NCBI GenBank assembly: GCA_002404835.1
Contig: DHKM01000027.1
Span: 15,514-79,513, forward strand
Source: Bacillales bacterium UBA4694
GTDB lineage: Bacteria > Bacillota_I > Bacilli_A > RFN20 > CAG-288
Reading direction: 5' to 3'
DNA: 64,000 nucleotides
Numbering within the stretch: position 1 is the stretch's first letter; every line of letters begins with the position of its first letter. A model generated the notes under the pieces. The model was not told where the DNA came from and did no database searches. It worked only from the letters and a program-made list of their open reading frames with translations. The translations under genes and the position numbers were made by a program. Shown piece by piece: positions 48,031-57,870 of the stretch.

Positions 48031-49611
48031 CTAGGACGAAAACGACTTTGAAGCAAGAAGGACATAACTGGTCTTCCCGTTGAAGACCTCTTTCTTGAAC
48101 TCTCCGACAAAGGTGATTTCCCCTTCAGCATTCCCATGGATGCTTTCCGGAACGCCGAAAAATGTGATTTTCCTGGAATGGGCTCTGTCGAAAACAAATG
48201 TTGCTTTCTTAGAATCAGCAATCACTAGACTTGTCTTGGAAACCGTGATTTTGAACTGAGGACTTGGAAAACCTTCTCCGAAAGGAAGAAAATCGTTCAG
48301 GATATCGAAATTTTCCTGATTCAGGTCTTCAAAGGAGATCTCGATACTTTCATCCTTTTCCTTCGGAAGAAGCAGTGCCTGTTTTTCGATTTCGGTTGAA
48401 AAAAGAAGGGCAACCTGGAAATAGTCCTGCTTGCGAATCGTGACTCCACAGGCCTGTGGATGACCACCACAAGTGACAAAATATTTTCTGTTTTTATTCA
48501 AAAACGAAACCATATCATACCCGGATGGAACACGGATAGAACCCGTAAACATATTTGTATCTTTTTCATCCTCCGCAAAAATAAGAATCCCTTTGTTCTT
48601 TTCGCGAAGAAGGCGGTTGGCAAACAGACCACATAGTCCGGAAGGACCTTTGACCATCGAACAGAAAGAATGGGTGCTTTCGAATTTTTCTTTTTCCTCA
48701 ACCCTCATTGCTTTCACAATCTTCTTCCGTTCATCGTTCGTCCTAAGGACAAAGTCGGAAAGTTTCAAAACGGATGGAAGGTTATCTTTATCCATGAGCA
48801 GGGCACAGGCATGGTTTGTTGCCATAACGTCTTTCTCAATCCTTCCAACGGAATTTAAAGACGGTATGATTTTGAAATTGAAGTCATCGTAAGTGATTTC
48901 GGAATGATTCGGTCCGATCAAGGAAATAAGGTTGGGATAAAGATGTTTTTTTAAAGAGGAAAGGGCGATTTTGGCAAGTTCAAGATTATTTCCAGTCATT
49001 GGCATGACATCCGAGAATACAGCAATTCCAGAAAGAGTGGCCAGATAACAATCAAACCGCTTAAGAAGTTTGGATGCAACAAAGAAACATAGACTTGCCG
49101 CAGAGCAATTATAATCGATGAACGGAGTCAGTTTTTGGTGAAAGATATACTTTGTATCAGGAAGTTCCTGAGAAAGTTCATGGTGATCGATGATGATCAC
49201 CTCCATTCCCAGCTCTTTTGCCTTTTGGATTGCCTCAGAGCAGGTAATGCCATTATCTACCGTGACAATCAAGGAATAGCCCTTTTCTTTAAAATCCTCA
49301 ACCCGGCTTTTGCAGATGCCATATCCTTCCCGATAGCGGGAAGGAATAAAATACCCAGGATTCAGGCCTCTTTCACTCAATGCCCTTTTCAAAATAGCGG
49401 TAGAAGTAAGCCCGTCGACATCATAATCTCCATAAATCACGGTCTTTTCTTGATCACGGATTGCTTTTTCCAATCTAGAAACGACTTTCTCGAATCTTTC
49501 ATCACCAAAAGGAGTCTTCAGATTATGAAAAGACCCGGGGAGCTTGCGGCTCCTCAGGTCATCCAAAGTGATTTGATAATGTTCGAGCAAAGAAACAAGA
49601 AACGTACCCAT
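48031..49611 (-). CDS. recJ: single-stranded-DNA-specific exonuclease RecJ (short form)
   Basis: DHH motifs IYGDYDVDGLTS, VDNGI, IIIDHH, and DHHA1 GGHPQACG. Confidence 0.88.
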   Translation of the reverse strand: MGTFLVSLLEHYQITLDDLRSRKLPGSFHNLKTPFGDERFEKVVSRLEKAIRDQEKTVIYGDYDVDGLTSTAILKRALSERGLNPGYFIPSRYREGYGICKSRVEDFKEKGYSLIVTVDNGITCSEAIQKAKELGMEVIIIDHHELSQELPDTKYIFHQKLTPFIDYNCSAASLCFFVASKLLKRFDCYLATLSGIAVFSDVMPMTGNNLELAKIALSSLKKHLYPNLISLIGPNHSEITYDDFNFKIIPSLNSVGRIEKDVMATNHACALLMDKDNLPSVLKLSDFVLRTNDERKKIVKAMRVEEKEKFESTHSFCSMVKGPSGLCGLFANRLLREKNKGILIFAEDEKDTNMFTGSIRVPSGYDMVSFLNKNRKYFVTCGGHPQACGVTIRKQDYFQVALLFSTEIEKQALLLPKEKDESIEISFEDLNQENFDILNDFLPFGEGFPSPQFKITVSKTSLVIADSKKATFVFDRAHSRKITFFGVPESIHGNAEGEITFVGEFKKEVFNGKTSYVLLASKSFSS

Positions 49612-49612
49612 A

Positions 49613-52420
49613 TCAGTGACGGAATTCGTTCATACCGACAATGATCGTCTCGTGCGGACCTTCAGGATCCACATAGCGCGTTCCATCAGGAGCGAATTCA
49701 TTCGGATTCTCGGCAAGAGTAGCTTCTTTCTTCTTTTCATCCATCTCTTGAGCCTTCTTATCATTTCGCTTCTCTTTCCTGTTGTTGAACCAATCGCTGA
49801 AACGACGGAAGGAAATGTGGGAAGTGCAGAGAAGATAGAACGGAAGGGCAAAACTATAAAGAAGGACAACAGCCAAGATGGCAAGGATCACACCAAGAAC
49901 AGTCATAGAAAGCAAAGAGGAATCGACGAAGACAAACGGAACGAAGAGAACCAAAGAAGACAACACCGGAACAAAGATCATGACCTTGTTGCGTTGGATA
50001 AGACTGTTGAGAATATCCTTTCTTTCTTCTTCAGTAGCCTTTCCTTTAAGTCCAAGTTCCTTGATAATGGTCTTGTTTTCATGGAACAGAGGGACAATAA
50101 GGAAGTCGAACACAAGATTCAAGGCAAGAACGGCAAAGGAAACATAAGGATTGAAGCTAAGGTGTGAAAGAGCAAGAACGCCTATCGACAAAGAAGCAAA
50201 GGCAGTTCCAGAGGCAATAATAGTAAGGAACATATTGAGTCCGAAACGGACAAAAGCATACACAGAAACAAAGCAAGCCAATAGGAAGAGGACAAGGAAC
50301 AGGTTGTTGATATCGTGTCCGAGATTGATCGGAGAGGTTTCCTGCGAATAGGCAACAAAGGAATCAGCCTTGTAATTTCCATCATTGATTGGATTGATGA
50401 TTTCATTGCTGACTTCGACATTACGTCCAGTATCCAGCATGCCATCTTCCAGAGCTTCCAATGCAGTCTTATTCGAGTCTTTCAAGGATTTGATGTCATT
50501 AAGGTTCTGCAAAGTGTGTACGTTGAAGTAATTGACATAATATTTGATTCCATCATCGTCATACTTCTCGACGACATTGACAAAGGCAGTATTGGCTTTG
50601 TAGACAATCTTGCCCTCGGTTTCTTTGGATGAATCGGAAACGATAGCAAAGGAACCATCTTCTTCTCCCAGTTTATTCAAATAGGCAAGATATGTTTCCG
50701 AACTCTCGAGTTTCGAATAGGAATTGTTGTATGTTGCAAATTCAATAGAAAGCTGATAGGAATGGGCATAACTGCCACTATTGTTGAAGAAGGAATTTTC
50801 TCCCTTTCCCAAAGCATAATTCATCGGAAGAGATATTCCTAAAGTAAGGGCAGCAATGACAGCCGACACATATAACGGAATTCTACCTTTCTTCCCGGCT
50901 TTGACAAATTCCTTCTTTTTGTCGGAATTATCCGAAGAGTTTTTCTTGAAGGAGAAATAGGGGCGATTATCATCTTTGACATCTTTGCAAAGCCAGTAAG
51001 TAGCCCATTTGTTGAGGAACGTCGTAATGATCCAACTGAAGAGGACACCGACCATGACGGCACCGAAGAAGGTCTTAAACGATCCTAACGAAACAAGGAA
51101 ACCGAACAAAGAGCCAAGGAAGAGAACCAAAGCAGTATCTAGCCCAACAAAGAAGGACTTACGATAACCTTCGCGGTTGGCTTTCTCAATGTCCCTTCCT
51201 TTCTTCAACTCGTTTTTGACGTGCTGGAAATAGTTTGCGGACAGGAAGATGGAGAATACAGCAACAACACAAAGTCCTGCAATACCGGCAATAGAGAATT
51301 CAAATCCAAGAAGATTGAAGAGAATGACGGAAATGAACAGGGAAGCAAGAAGATTGATGCTGGAAGTGATTCCGCTGAAACCATAAAGAGCAATGAGAAG
51401 AACGGCAATGACAAGAAGAGCTACGCCGAAACCGATATAGGTCTTTTTGAAAGCATTGCTGCCAAAGCCGGCATAGATAGCATTGGAGTATAGATAATGG
51501 ATATCGAAACCATAATCTTCACTGTTGAGCATGCTGACCATAGCACGTGCGGAAGAAACGGTGAATGCATTTCCGTCTTTGTCGCTGGTCAATGCAATCA
51601 TCTTGTTTTCGGAAGAATAATTGGATGTATCCAAAACAGCAATAACCTTCCTGGAAACTTCCTCATCAACTCTCTCGCCACCGTATCCATAGGCCTTGTT
51701 ATAGGTATCCTCTTTGGTTTTGTTCTGCCAAAGATAGATCTTCGTTTCCTGGGAATCAGAAGAATCGGAAGAATCGGCATCTTCATCGCTGGCATATTTG
51801 CGGTTGGCCGATTTGCTGTCTTCCGTCTTTACATCATCCTTATGAGCAGTTGCAGCATTCTTGCATTCAGTGATAAGCTGATCCATCATTGTGGTGGATT
51901 TTATGCAGATGCTCGGATAAGGAGTAGTTCCGTTATAAACAAGCTTGGCAACGGGATCATCGAACAATTCGTTTCTATCCTGGTAGTAGACATGATCGTC
52001 TCCGACAGTCGCCATGGACAAGGAACCATCGTAGGAAAGGACCTGTTTGACATTGTTGAGTTCTGTATCAGAGAGAGGTGAGAAGGTGACGTTTATCTTA
52101 TAGCCTTCGCCTTCCTTTTCCCCGCTTGTGATACCTTTTACAAGCTCGACTTCGGCATTTCTCACACCAAGGTCATCAAGCCTCGCCATGATTTTGCTTT
52201 CGATATCGATTTCATCCAACTTCTGAATGGAAGGGTTGAGGTTAGGATAATTCGAAATGGAATAATCGTTATCTTCTCTTTGAGTCAAAGAAAAAGTAAG
52301 CTGGGTAGATTTTCCGTACTCCATGGCATCCGTCGTGGATTCGAAAATCGTCTGAGTGTTGAAAACCAAAGTACTGATCACAGTCAGCATCATCACAATA
52401 TAAGCTAAGAAACGACGCAT
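49613..52420 (-). CDS. secDF: protein translocase subunit SecDF (fused, enlarged extracytoplasmic domain)
   Basis: Two six-TM RND-like halves, e.g. AGIAGLCVVAVFSIFLSANYFQHVKNELKKGRDIEKANREGYRKSF. Large acidic extracellular insert. ATG at 52420 has GGAGGA 8 nt upstream. Next to recJ, as in Bacillus. Confidence 0.7.
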   Translation of the reverse strand: MRRFLAYIVMMLTVISTLVFNTQTIFESTTDAMEYGKSTQLTFSLTQREDNDYSISNYPNLNPSIQKLDEIDIESKIMARLDDLGVRNAEVELVKGITSGEKEGEGYKINVTFSPLSDTELNNVKQVLSYDGSLSMATVGDDHVYYQDRNELFDDPVAKLVYNGTTPYPSICIKSTTMMDQLITECKNAATAHKDDVKTEDSKSANRKYASDEDADSSDSSDSQETKIYLWQNKTKEDTYNKAYGYGGERVDEEVSRKVIAVLDTSNYSSENKMIALTSDKDGNAFTVSSARAMVSMLNSEDYGFDIHYLYSNAIYAGFGSNAFKKTYIGFGVALLVIAVLLIALYGFSGITSSINLLASLFISVILFNLLGFEFSIAGIAGLCVVAVFSIFLSANYFQHVKNELKKGRDIEKANREGYRKSFFVGLDTALVLFLGSLFGFLVSLGSFKTFFGAVMVGVLFSWIITTFLNKWATYWLCKDVKDDNRPYFSFKKNSSDNSDKKKEFVKAGKKGRIPLYVSAVIAALTLGISLPMNYALGKGENSFFNNSGSYAHSYQLSIEFATYNNSYSKLESSETYLAYLNKLGEEDGSFAIVSDSSKETEGKIVYKANTAFVNVVEKYDDDGIKYYVNYFNVHTLQNLNDIKSLKDSNKTALEALEDGMLDTGRNVEVSNEIINPINDGNYKADSFVAYSQETSPINLGHDINNLFLVLFLLACFVSVYAFVRFGLNMFLTIIASGTAFASLSIGVLALSHLSFNPYVSFAVLALNLVFDFLIVPLFHENKTIIKELGLKGKATEEERKDILNSLIQRNKVMIFVPVLSSLVLFVPFVFVDSSLLSMTVLGVILAILAVVLLYSFALPFYLLCTSHISFRRFSDWFNNRKEKRNDKKAQEMDEKKKEATLAENPNEFAPDGTRYVDPEGPHETIIVGMNEFRH

Positions 52421-52556
52421 CGAGGAAATCCTCCATTCTAAGCACACTGCTTTTAATTATTAAAAATATATACTTGAATAATCTAACAAAAACGCATCCT
52501 TTTTACAAGGAATAATTCATAGGTATAAGTAGAAAAAGACCATTTTCGGAAAAGTT

Positions 52557-53588
52557 TCAGTCAACAGAAGACGGAACCGGTATTTTCAGGTGTTCGTAGG
52601 CTTTTTTTGTCGCCACTCTACCTTTCGGGGTGCGATTGATCAATCCGATCTGTACAAGATAGGGTTCATAGACTTCGCTGACGTTTTCCACGCTTTCCCC
52701 GATTGCAGAGGCAATGGAAGAAAGACCGACAGGTCTGCCATTATACCGATAGATAAGACATTCCAGAAGCCGGCGATCTGTTTCATCCAGCCCAAGATCG
52801 TCGATGGAAAGGAATTTCATGGCCCGCTCTGTCGCCTCTAGGTCAATCGTATCCTTTCCTTCAAATGTAGCATAGTCTCTTACACGTCGGAAAAGGCGGT
52901 TCGCGATTCTCGGCGTCCCTCTTCCGCGAACAGCAATCTGATACGCGGCTTCCAAAGTTATAGGAAAGTGTAGTGCCTTGCTGGTTCTCTGGATGATATT
53001 AAGAAGTTCTTCCGGAGTATAGTAATTCAATCGGAAAAGAATACCGAAACGATCTCTTAAAGGCGCCGAAAGACTGCCGGCATCGGTTGTAGCACCGACC
53101 AAGGTAAACGGCGGTAAAGGGATGTTGATGGTTCTAGCATCCGAACCTTTTCCGACGATGATGGATAGATTGAAATCCTCCATTGCCGAATAAAGTACCT
53201 CCTGTACAATAATCGGCATTCGATGTATCTCGTCGATAAAAAGAACATCTCCCGGGTTGAGCGAAGAAAGAATACTGGCAAGGTCTCCGGTCCTTACCAA
53301 GGACGACCCGTTTGTGGTCTTGATATCGCTTTCAAGTTCATTGGCAATGACATTGGCAAGAGTCGTCTTGCCAAGTCCGGGAGGTCCATAGAAAAGAACA
53401 TGGTCCAAAGATTCTTTGCGCTTCTTAGCACCCCAAATAAAGATGGAAAGTTCTTCTTTGATGGCTTCCTGTCCAATATAATCGCTTAGTTTCTTCGGAC
53501 GGAGCGAAACATCGATATCATCGATCTTTTCCTTCAGTTCTTTAAGAACAGAGCCTTCTTGAAGATTGTCGTTCTCTTCCTTTTTCAT
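52557..53588 (-). CDS. ruvB: Holliday junction branch migration helicase RuvB
   Basis: [48 protein letters not shown]. Confidence 0.96.
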   Translation of the reverse strand: MKKEENDNLQEGSVLKELKEKIDDIDVSLRPKKLSDYIGQEAIKEELSIFIWGAKKRKESLDHVLFYGPPGLGKTTLANVIANELESDIKTTNGSSLVRTGDLASILSSLNPGDVLFIDEIHRMPIIVQEVLYSAMEDFNLSIIVGKGSDARTINIPLPPFTLVGATTDAGSLSAPLRDRFGILFRLNYYTPEELLNIIQRTSKALHFPITLEAAYQIAVRGRGTPRIANRLFRRVRDYATFEGKDTIDLEATERAMKFLSIDDLGLDETDRRLLECLIYRYNGRPVGLSSIASAIGESVENVSEVYEPYLVQIGLINRTPKGRVATKKAYEHLKIPVPSSVD

Positions 53589-53589
53589 G

Positions 53590-54156
53590 TTATTTCTTGT
53601 TGAGGTTCTTCAAAGCAATCTGAGTATACTGCTCCACACTGAGCCCCCTTTGATCGATGGAGGAAATCGCATCCTTGATTTCTTTTTCTTTGAAACCGAG
53701 ACTCCGCAACACTTCCGTTGCATCATCAAGATTCTTATCGATCGTCTTCGCTTCAAGATCAGCCATCTCCAAATGTCCCTTCAGATCCAAGATAATTTGG
53801 CTGGCAGTTTTTTTTCCGATTCCGGGGACCTTCATGAGAAACAAAGTATCGCTCTGCTCTATGGCTAATCTCAGTCTCTGGGCACTGGTTGCCTTGAACA
53901 TATTCAAGGCGGTTTTAGGTCCTATCCCTTTGACACTGGTAATCGATTCGAAAAGATTCTTTTCCAACAAGGACTTGAATCCGACAAAATACTGTTCGTT
54001 CTCATTATGAACAAAACAGACAAAGACAAACATCGTCTCACCAATGGGAAATTCATCCACATGGGCAACCAAAACGTCATAGCCGACGCCTTGGCATTCG
54101 ACTACGACAGAATCCTTTGTATGCATACCGATCAGGCCATGAAGATAATAATACAT
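53590..54156 (-). CDS. ruvA: Holliday junction DNA-binding protein RuvA
   Basis: MYYYLHGLI...[11 protein letters not shown], and HhH motifs [10 protein letters not shown] and [17 protein letters not shown]. Confidence 0.93.
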   Translation of the reverse strand: MYYYLHGLIGMHTKDSVVVECQGVGYDVLVAHVDEFPIGETMFVFVCFVHNENEQYFVGFKSLLEKNLFESITSVKGIGPKTALNMFKATSAQRLRLAIEQSDTLFLMKVPGIGKKTASQIILDLKGHLEMADLEAKTIDKNLDDATEVLRSLGFKEKEIKDAISSIDQRGLSVEQYTQIALKNLNKK

Positions 54157-54201
54157 AAATGCCCCCTATAGAGAATCGACCTCGAAAAGAAAATCCGTCC
54201 A

Positions 54202-55488
54202 CTATTCGTAATAATCGAATTCGTAATCGTCAAGGATAACGGTATCTCCAGTATGGGCACCGGCTTCTTTGAGTCTTTCATCGATTCCGATCCGATCAAG
54301 ATATCCCAAAAGACGATCGATTCCTTCATCCGTCTTCGTATTAATAAGATGGTAGGTACGGACAACTCTTTCTCCTTTGATTTCGAAAGTATGTTCATCA
54401 ATCCTGACAATCTGATATTCCGGAATCTTACCATTGTCCATGGCTTTTGCAGAATAGACCTTTTCTTCCGATCCATCCGGTTCGGAATTTTTCAGATCCT
54501 TAAGCTTGGCCTGGGAAACAAGGGTATAAAGACGTTTTATCAAAGGTTTTAATCCTACGCCGGTCTTTGTGGAAAAGGAAAATACTTCGTATTTCCCCTC
54601 CAAGGATTTTTTGAAAGCATCGACTTTTTCCTTATCGTAATCCTCATCGATCTTATTCAAACCGACCACCATGATTTTGTCTTTCATCTTGGAAGAGTAT
54701 TCGTCAAGCTCGTGGTTGATTTTTTCGAAATCCTCATTCAAGGAAGTGTCTTTTGTGACATCCAGGATATGAAGGAGAACTCGACAACGTTCGATATGTC
54801 TCAGGAACTGGGTTCCAAGGCCTCTTCCCTGACTGGCACCATCGATAAGGCCGGGAATGTCCGCAACGACAAACCTTTTATCGACATTCACGAAGCAAAC
54901 ACCAACCATAGGCTCAAGAGTGGTAAAAGGATAATCCGCGACCTGTGGGTTGGCTCTTGTGACAGCACTCAAAAAGGAGCTTTTCCCAACATTGGGATAT
55001 CCGACAAGTCCGACGTCGCCCAACAGCTTGAGTTCGAAATAGAATGTTTTTTCTTGCCCAGGAAGACCGTTTTCGGCAAAATTCGGGGTTTTTAGCCGAG
55101 CATTCTTGAACATGGCATTCCCTCTCCCACCTCTTCCGCCTTTGACAGCCAGATAGGTATCCCCTTCATGGTAGAGATCTTTCAGGACATGCCCCTCTTC
55201 ATCTTCGATGACAGTCCCAATCGGAACGTAAAGCGTTATATCTTTGGCATCTTTTCCGAATTGAAGCTTCGTCCTTCCATTTTCGCCAGGCTCTGCTTTG
55301 ATGGTCTTTCCGAAGCGGTAATCAGCCAAGGTATCGACACTCGAGGAGCTTTTTATGAAGATAGAGCCACCTTTACCGCCGTTTCCGCCATAAGGGCCTC
55401 CTGCTTCTACACACTTTTCCCTACGAAAAGCAATGGCACCATCTCCACCCTTTCCGGATACCAGGGTAACTTTCACCTTGTCATTCAT
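54202..55488 (-). CDS. obg: GTPase Obg/CgtA
   Basis: The Obg fold (VSGKGGDGAIAFRREK, GGNGGKGGSIF), G motifs GYPNVGKSS, DIPGLI and NKID, plus a C-terminal OCT domain. Confidence 0.96.
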   Translation of the reverse strand: MNDKVKVTLVSGKGGDGAIAFRREKCVEAGGPYGGNGGKGGSIFIKSSSSVDTLADYRFGKTIKAEPGENGRTKLQFGKDAKDITLYVPIGTVIEDEEGHVLKDLYHEGDTYLAVKGGRGGRGNAMFKNARLKTPNFAENGLPGQEKTFYFELKLLGDVGLVGYPNVGKSSFLSAVTRANPQVADYPFTTLEPMVGVCFVNVDKRFVVADIPGLIDGASQGRGLGTQFLRHIERCRVLLHILDVTKDTSLNEDFEKINHELDEYSSKMKDKIMVVGLNKIDEDYDKEKVDAFKKSLEGKYEVFSFSTKTGVGLKPLIKRLYTLVSQAKLKDLKNSEPDGSEEKVYSAKAMDNGKIPEYQIVRIDEHTFEIKGERVVRTYHLINTKTDEGIDRLLGYLDRIGIDERLKEAGAHTGDTVILDDYEFDYYE

Positions 55489-55508
55489 AGAAACCTCCGT
55501 TTTTTGTG

Positions 55509-55539
55509 AAAAAAAGAAGCTTCGGGAGACCCCGAAGCT
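55509..55539 (-). terminator. intrinsic terminator after rpmA
   Basis: Minus strand AGCTTCGGGG-TCT-CCCGAAGCT followed by TCTTTTTTT. Confidence 0.8.
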
Positions 55540-55557
55540 AAAGTTTTTTGATTCGAA

Positions 55558-55866
55558 CTACTTTGCAGTGACTTCAGGTTTTGTCGGATAGACAGAAACC
55601 TTCTGACGATGTCTGTCAACTCTTTCGAATTTGACATAACCATCGATCAAAGCAAAGAGAGTATCATCTCCGGCTCTCTTGACATTATTGCCAGCGTGGA
55701 TTTTCGTTCCTCTCTGACGATAGATGATTGAACCGGAATGGCACCACTGTCCATCAAACAGTTTGCAGCCAAGTCTCTGGGCATTGCTATCACGTCCGTT
55801 TTTCGTGGAGGTGACACCCTTATGGGATGCGAAGAGCTGGATGTTAAGTTTAAATCTCAATTCCAT
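55558..55866 (-). CDS. rpmA: 50S ribosomal protein L27 with a cleavable N-terminal propeptide
   Basis: [12 protein letters not shown]|[21 protein letters not shown]... Confidence 0.95.
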   Translation of the reverse strand: MELRFKLNIQLFASHKGVTSTKNGRDSNAQRLGCKLFDGQWCHSGSIIYRQRGTKIHAGNNVKRAGDDTLFALIDGYVKFERVDRHRQKVSVYPTKPEVTAK

Positions 55867-55868
55867 TT

Positions 55869-56183
55869 TTAACCTTCTTTCCTGGAAACTTCGACTTTTA
55901 CTGTATCGGGATAAGCCTGACTGATAGTGACGAGCTGAACCATAAGAGTTTCCAGAACGATCTTATCGTGTTCGTTAAGCTCAGATAGAGCAACAACCGA
56001 AGAATCACCTTCTTTTACTTTGAATCGAAAGCATTTTTCATCCCTGAGGGCATTCAATGCACCGACAAAGCATGAAGAGACACCGGCACAAACAATATCC
56101 TTGCCAAATCCCATGTCTCCATGTCCTTTGACGGAAATGGATCTCACAGAATCCCTATCCTCAACAACCGACACAACAATCAT
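55869..56183 (-). CDS. prp: ribosomal-processing cysteine protease Prp (YsxB/DUF464)
   Basis: SVKGHGD...DIVCAGVSS (His/Cys dyad). Lies between rplU and rpmA. Confidence 0.88.
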   Translation of the reverse strand: MIVVSVVEDRDSVRSISVKGHGDMGFGKDIVCAGVSSCFVGALNALRDEKCFRFKVKEGDSSVVALSELNEHDKIVLETLMVQLVTISQAYPDTVKVEVSRKEG

Positions 56184-56186
56184 AAA

Positions 56187-56501
56187 CTACTTGATTTCGA
56201 TAGCTTCGATTGCAACTGCAGTATAAGGCTGACGATGTCCACGATGGACTCTGACGTTAGACTTGGCCTTGTAACGAAGAACATGAATCTTCTTTTCACG
56301 GCCCTGCTTGACAATCTTGGCTTTCACACTGGCATCCTTGACAAACGGTTTTCCGAGCTGGACTTTCTCGCCATCTTCGACATAAAGAACTTTGTCGAAA
56401 ACGACTTCAGCATCCTTCTCGCCATCGAGTTTCTCGACGAAGAGAGTCTGACCAACTTCGGCTTTAAGCTGTTTGCCGCCGGTTAAAATGATAGCGTACA
56501 T
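56187..56501 (-). CDS. rplU: 50S ribosomal protein L21
   Basis: [25 protein letters not shown]...[12 protein letters not shown] at 56501 has AAAGGAGG upstream. The 34 extra N-terminal codons in the ORF track lie in the leader. Confidence 0.95.
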   Translation of the reverse strand: MYAIILTGGKQLKAEVGQTLFVEKLDGEKDAEVVFDKVLYVEDGEKVQLGKPFVKDASVKAKIVKQGREKKIHVLRYKAKSNVRVHRGHRQPYTAVAIEAIEIK

Positions 56502-56610
56502 GTGCTTTTTGCCTCCTTTATCAAATTCTAATGACTCGCTCTTGTGGTCCCTTTTCAGGAGTTTCATACCACTTTGATGCGGTTGTAGGCTATTGGAGGC
56601 CATACAACGT
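56502..56610 (-). promoter_or_regulatory. structured 5' leader of rplU-prp-rpmA (possible L21-leader type autoregulatory RNA)
   Basis: A leader of about 110 nt with a strong hairpin, GTTGTAtGGC-CTCCAATA-GCC-TACAAC. Firmicutes are known to carry a conserved L21 leader here. I could not check it against the covariance model. Confidence 0.35.
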
Positions 56611-56615
56611 CTAAT

Positions 56616-56644
56616 AGTCTATCAAACAAAGTACAATAATTCAA
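56616..56644 (-). promoter_or_regulatory. candidate promoter for the rplU operon
   Basis: Minus strand TTGAAT (56639-56644), a 17-nt spacer, then TAGACT (56616-56621). Confidence 0.4.
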
Positions 56645-56655
56645 TGATTTTTAAA

Positions 56656-56680
56656 TAAAAAACTGCGGAAAATCCGCAGT
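56656..56680 (-). terminator. intrinsic terminator after the Sel1-repeat gene
   Basis: Minus strand ACTGCGG-ATTTT-CCGCAGT followed by TTTTTT. Confidence 0.75.
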
Positions 56681-56685
56681 CAAAA

Positions 56686-57792
56686 CTAATGTAAGACAAA
56701 GAACAAAGGATCCTGAGTGCCCTTGACTGGATCATAGCCGAGTTTGGCAGCATATGCTTCATGCTGCTTGGAAAGAGCCATATCCTGTCTGGAAGCATCG
56801 ATTTCAGCCATGTTGTGATAGGCAATGCCAAGTCTTCTTTCGCCGGCAAGAGAATAGTAACGATAGGCAACGGTAAGATTCTTCGGATCATTGACTCTGC
56901 TTCTGAAGCAGTCGCCAAGATAATTCAAAGCATAAGGATAACCTTTTCTGGCAGAATCCATGATGAGATCATGACCCTTCTCATCATCCTTGAAGAGGTA
57001 GCTATTATCAAGATAAATGAGACCGAGCCTGTATTCCGCAGAGGCCGAGCCGCGGCTGATGGCAACCAAGTAGTATTTTCTGGCCATATCAAGATCGCGT
57101 GCAAGAAGGGAATTATAACCCTCATAAAGGAAAGCTACAAGAATAGCAGCTCTGGTAGATCCCTTTTCGGAAGCGGCTTTGGCAAGTTCGATACCATCGA
57201 GACGTTCCTGTTCGGTGGAAGCCGGATTGTCTATCATACGGATAGCCTGCAGAAGCATTTCTTCCTCGGAATCCTCTTTGAGAAGTGGGATGTCGGTCGG
57301 ATAGACGATTGCATCCGGATTTTCGGAGGTCTTGACCTCTTCGACAGGTTTCTCCTCCGGAGTTTCCTGAGCAGTCTCCTGAGTAGGCTGTTCCTTTTCC
57401 TTCTCGATCTCCTCGACCATCTTGGCAGCAACCTCATCGTCGTTGTCCTTGCAGGCAAGACGATAGTATTCCAAAGCACGTTCCTTATCCTGAGGCTCGC
57501 TTCCTAAGGCATAATAATAGTAATCACCTAAATCGTGATAATCCATGGAATCACAGTCTTCCTGGAAAAAATAGTTGCAAGATGCATCATAATATTGTCT
57601 TGCCATTTCAGCATCCGGTTCAATGCCGGTGCAACCTTCTCTCACGATACGTCCAATTTCAAAATAGGACTTACCTTTTTTGTCGGCTTTGCGGGCCGAT
57701 TTGTTGATAAGAGCAAGACCTTTGTTGACTTTCTTGCCTTCTTTGACCATCTCGAGACCAGCTTCAAGGTTAGAATCCATTGTATATGCCAT
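56686..57792 (-). CDS. Sel1-like (SLR/TPR) repeat protein, cytoplasmic, with an acidic central linker
   Basis: Repeated A..YY..A/G..G...A...LG..Y units, e.g. MARQYYDASCNYF, ALEYYRLACKD, MARKYYLVAISRGSASAEYRLGLIY, GYPYALNYLGDCF, AYRYYSLAGE. No signal peptide. Confidence 0.65.
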   Translation of the reverse strand: MAYTMDSNLEAGLEMVKEGKKVNKGLALINKSARKADKKGKSYFEIGRIVREGCTGIEPDAEMARQYYDASCNYFFQEDCDSMDYHDLGDYYYYALGSEPQDKERALEYYRLACKDNDDEVAAKMVEEIEKEKEQPTQETAQETPEEKPVEEVKTSENPDAIVYPTDIPLLKEDSEEEMLLQAIRMIDNPASTEQERLDGIELAKAASEKGSTRAAILVAFLYEGYNSLLARDLDMARKYYLVAISRGSASAEYRLGLIYLDNSYLFKDDEKGHDLIMDSARKGYPYALNYLGDCFRSRVNDPKNLTVAYRYYSLAGERRLGIAYHNMAEIDASRQDMALSKQHEAYAAKLGYDPVKGTQDPLFFVLH

Positions 57793-57831
57793 ACAAAACG
57801 CTCCTTATTATCCTCTTTCAAAGATATACTA

Positions 57832-57860
57832 ATTATAGTTTCTAATGAAAAAGTTTTCAA
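57832..57860 (-). promoter_or_regulatory. consensus sigma-70 promoter for the Sel1-repeat gene
   Basis: Minus strand TTGAAA (57855-57860), a 17-nt spacer, then TATAAT (57832-57837). An AAGGAG RBS follows. Confidence 0.7.
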
Positions 57861-57870
57861 CATCCGACTA

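Noticed and set aside
55548-55560. GTTCGAATC (tRNA T-loop-like motif) on the minus strand next to the rpmA stop
   Set aside because: No acceptor, D or anticodon arms can be drawn. The segment lies between the rpmA stop codon and its terminator and is far too short for a tRNA.
56502-56603. 34 extra N-terminal codons on rplU (ORF-track start at 56603)
   Set aside because: L21 homology begins at MYAIIL (ATG at 56501), which has AAAGGAGG upstream. The extension lies in the structured leader.
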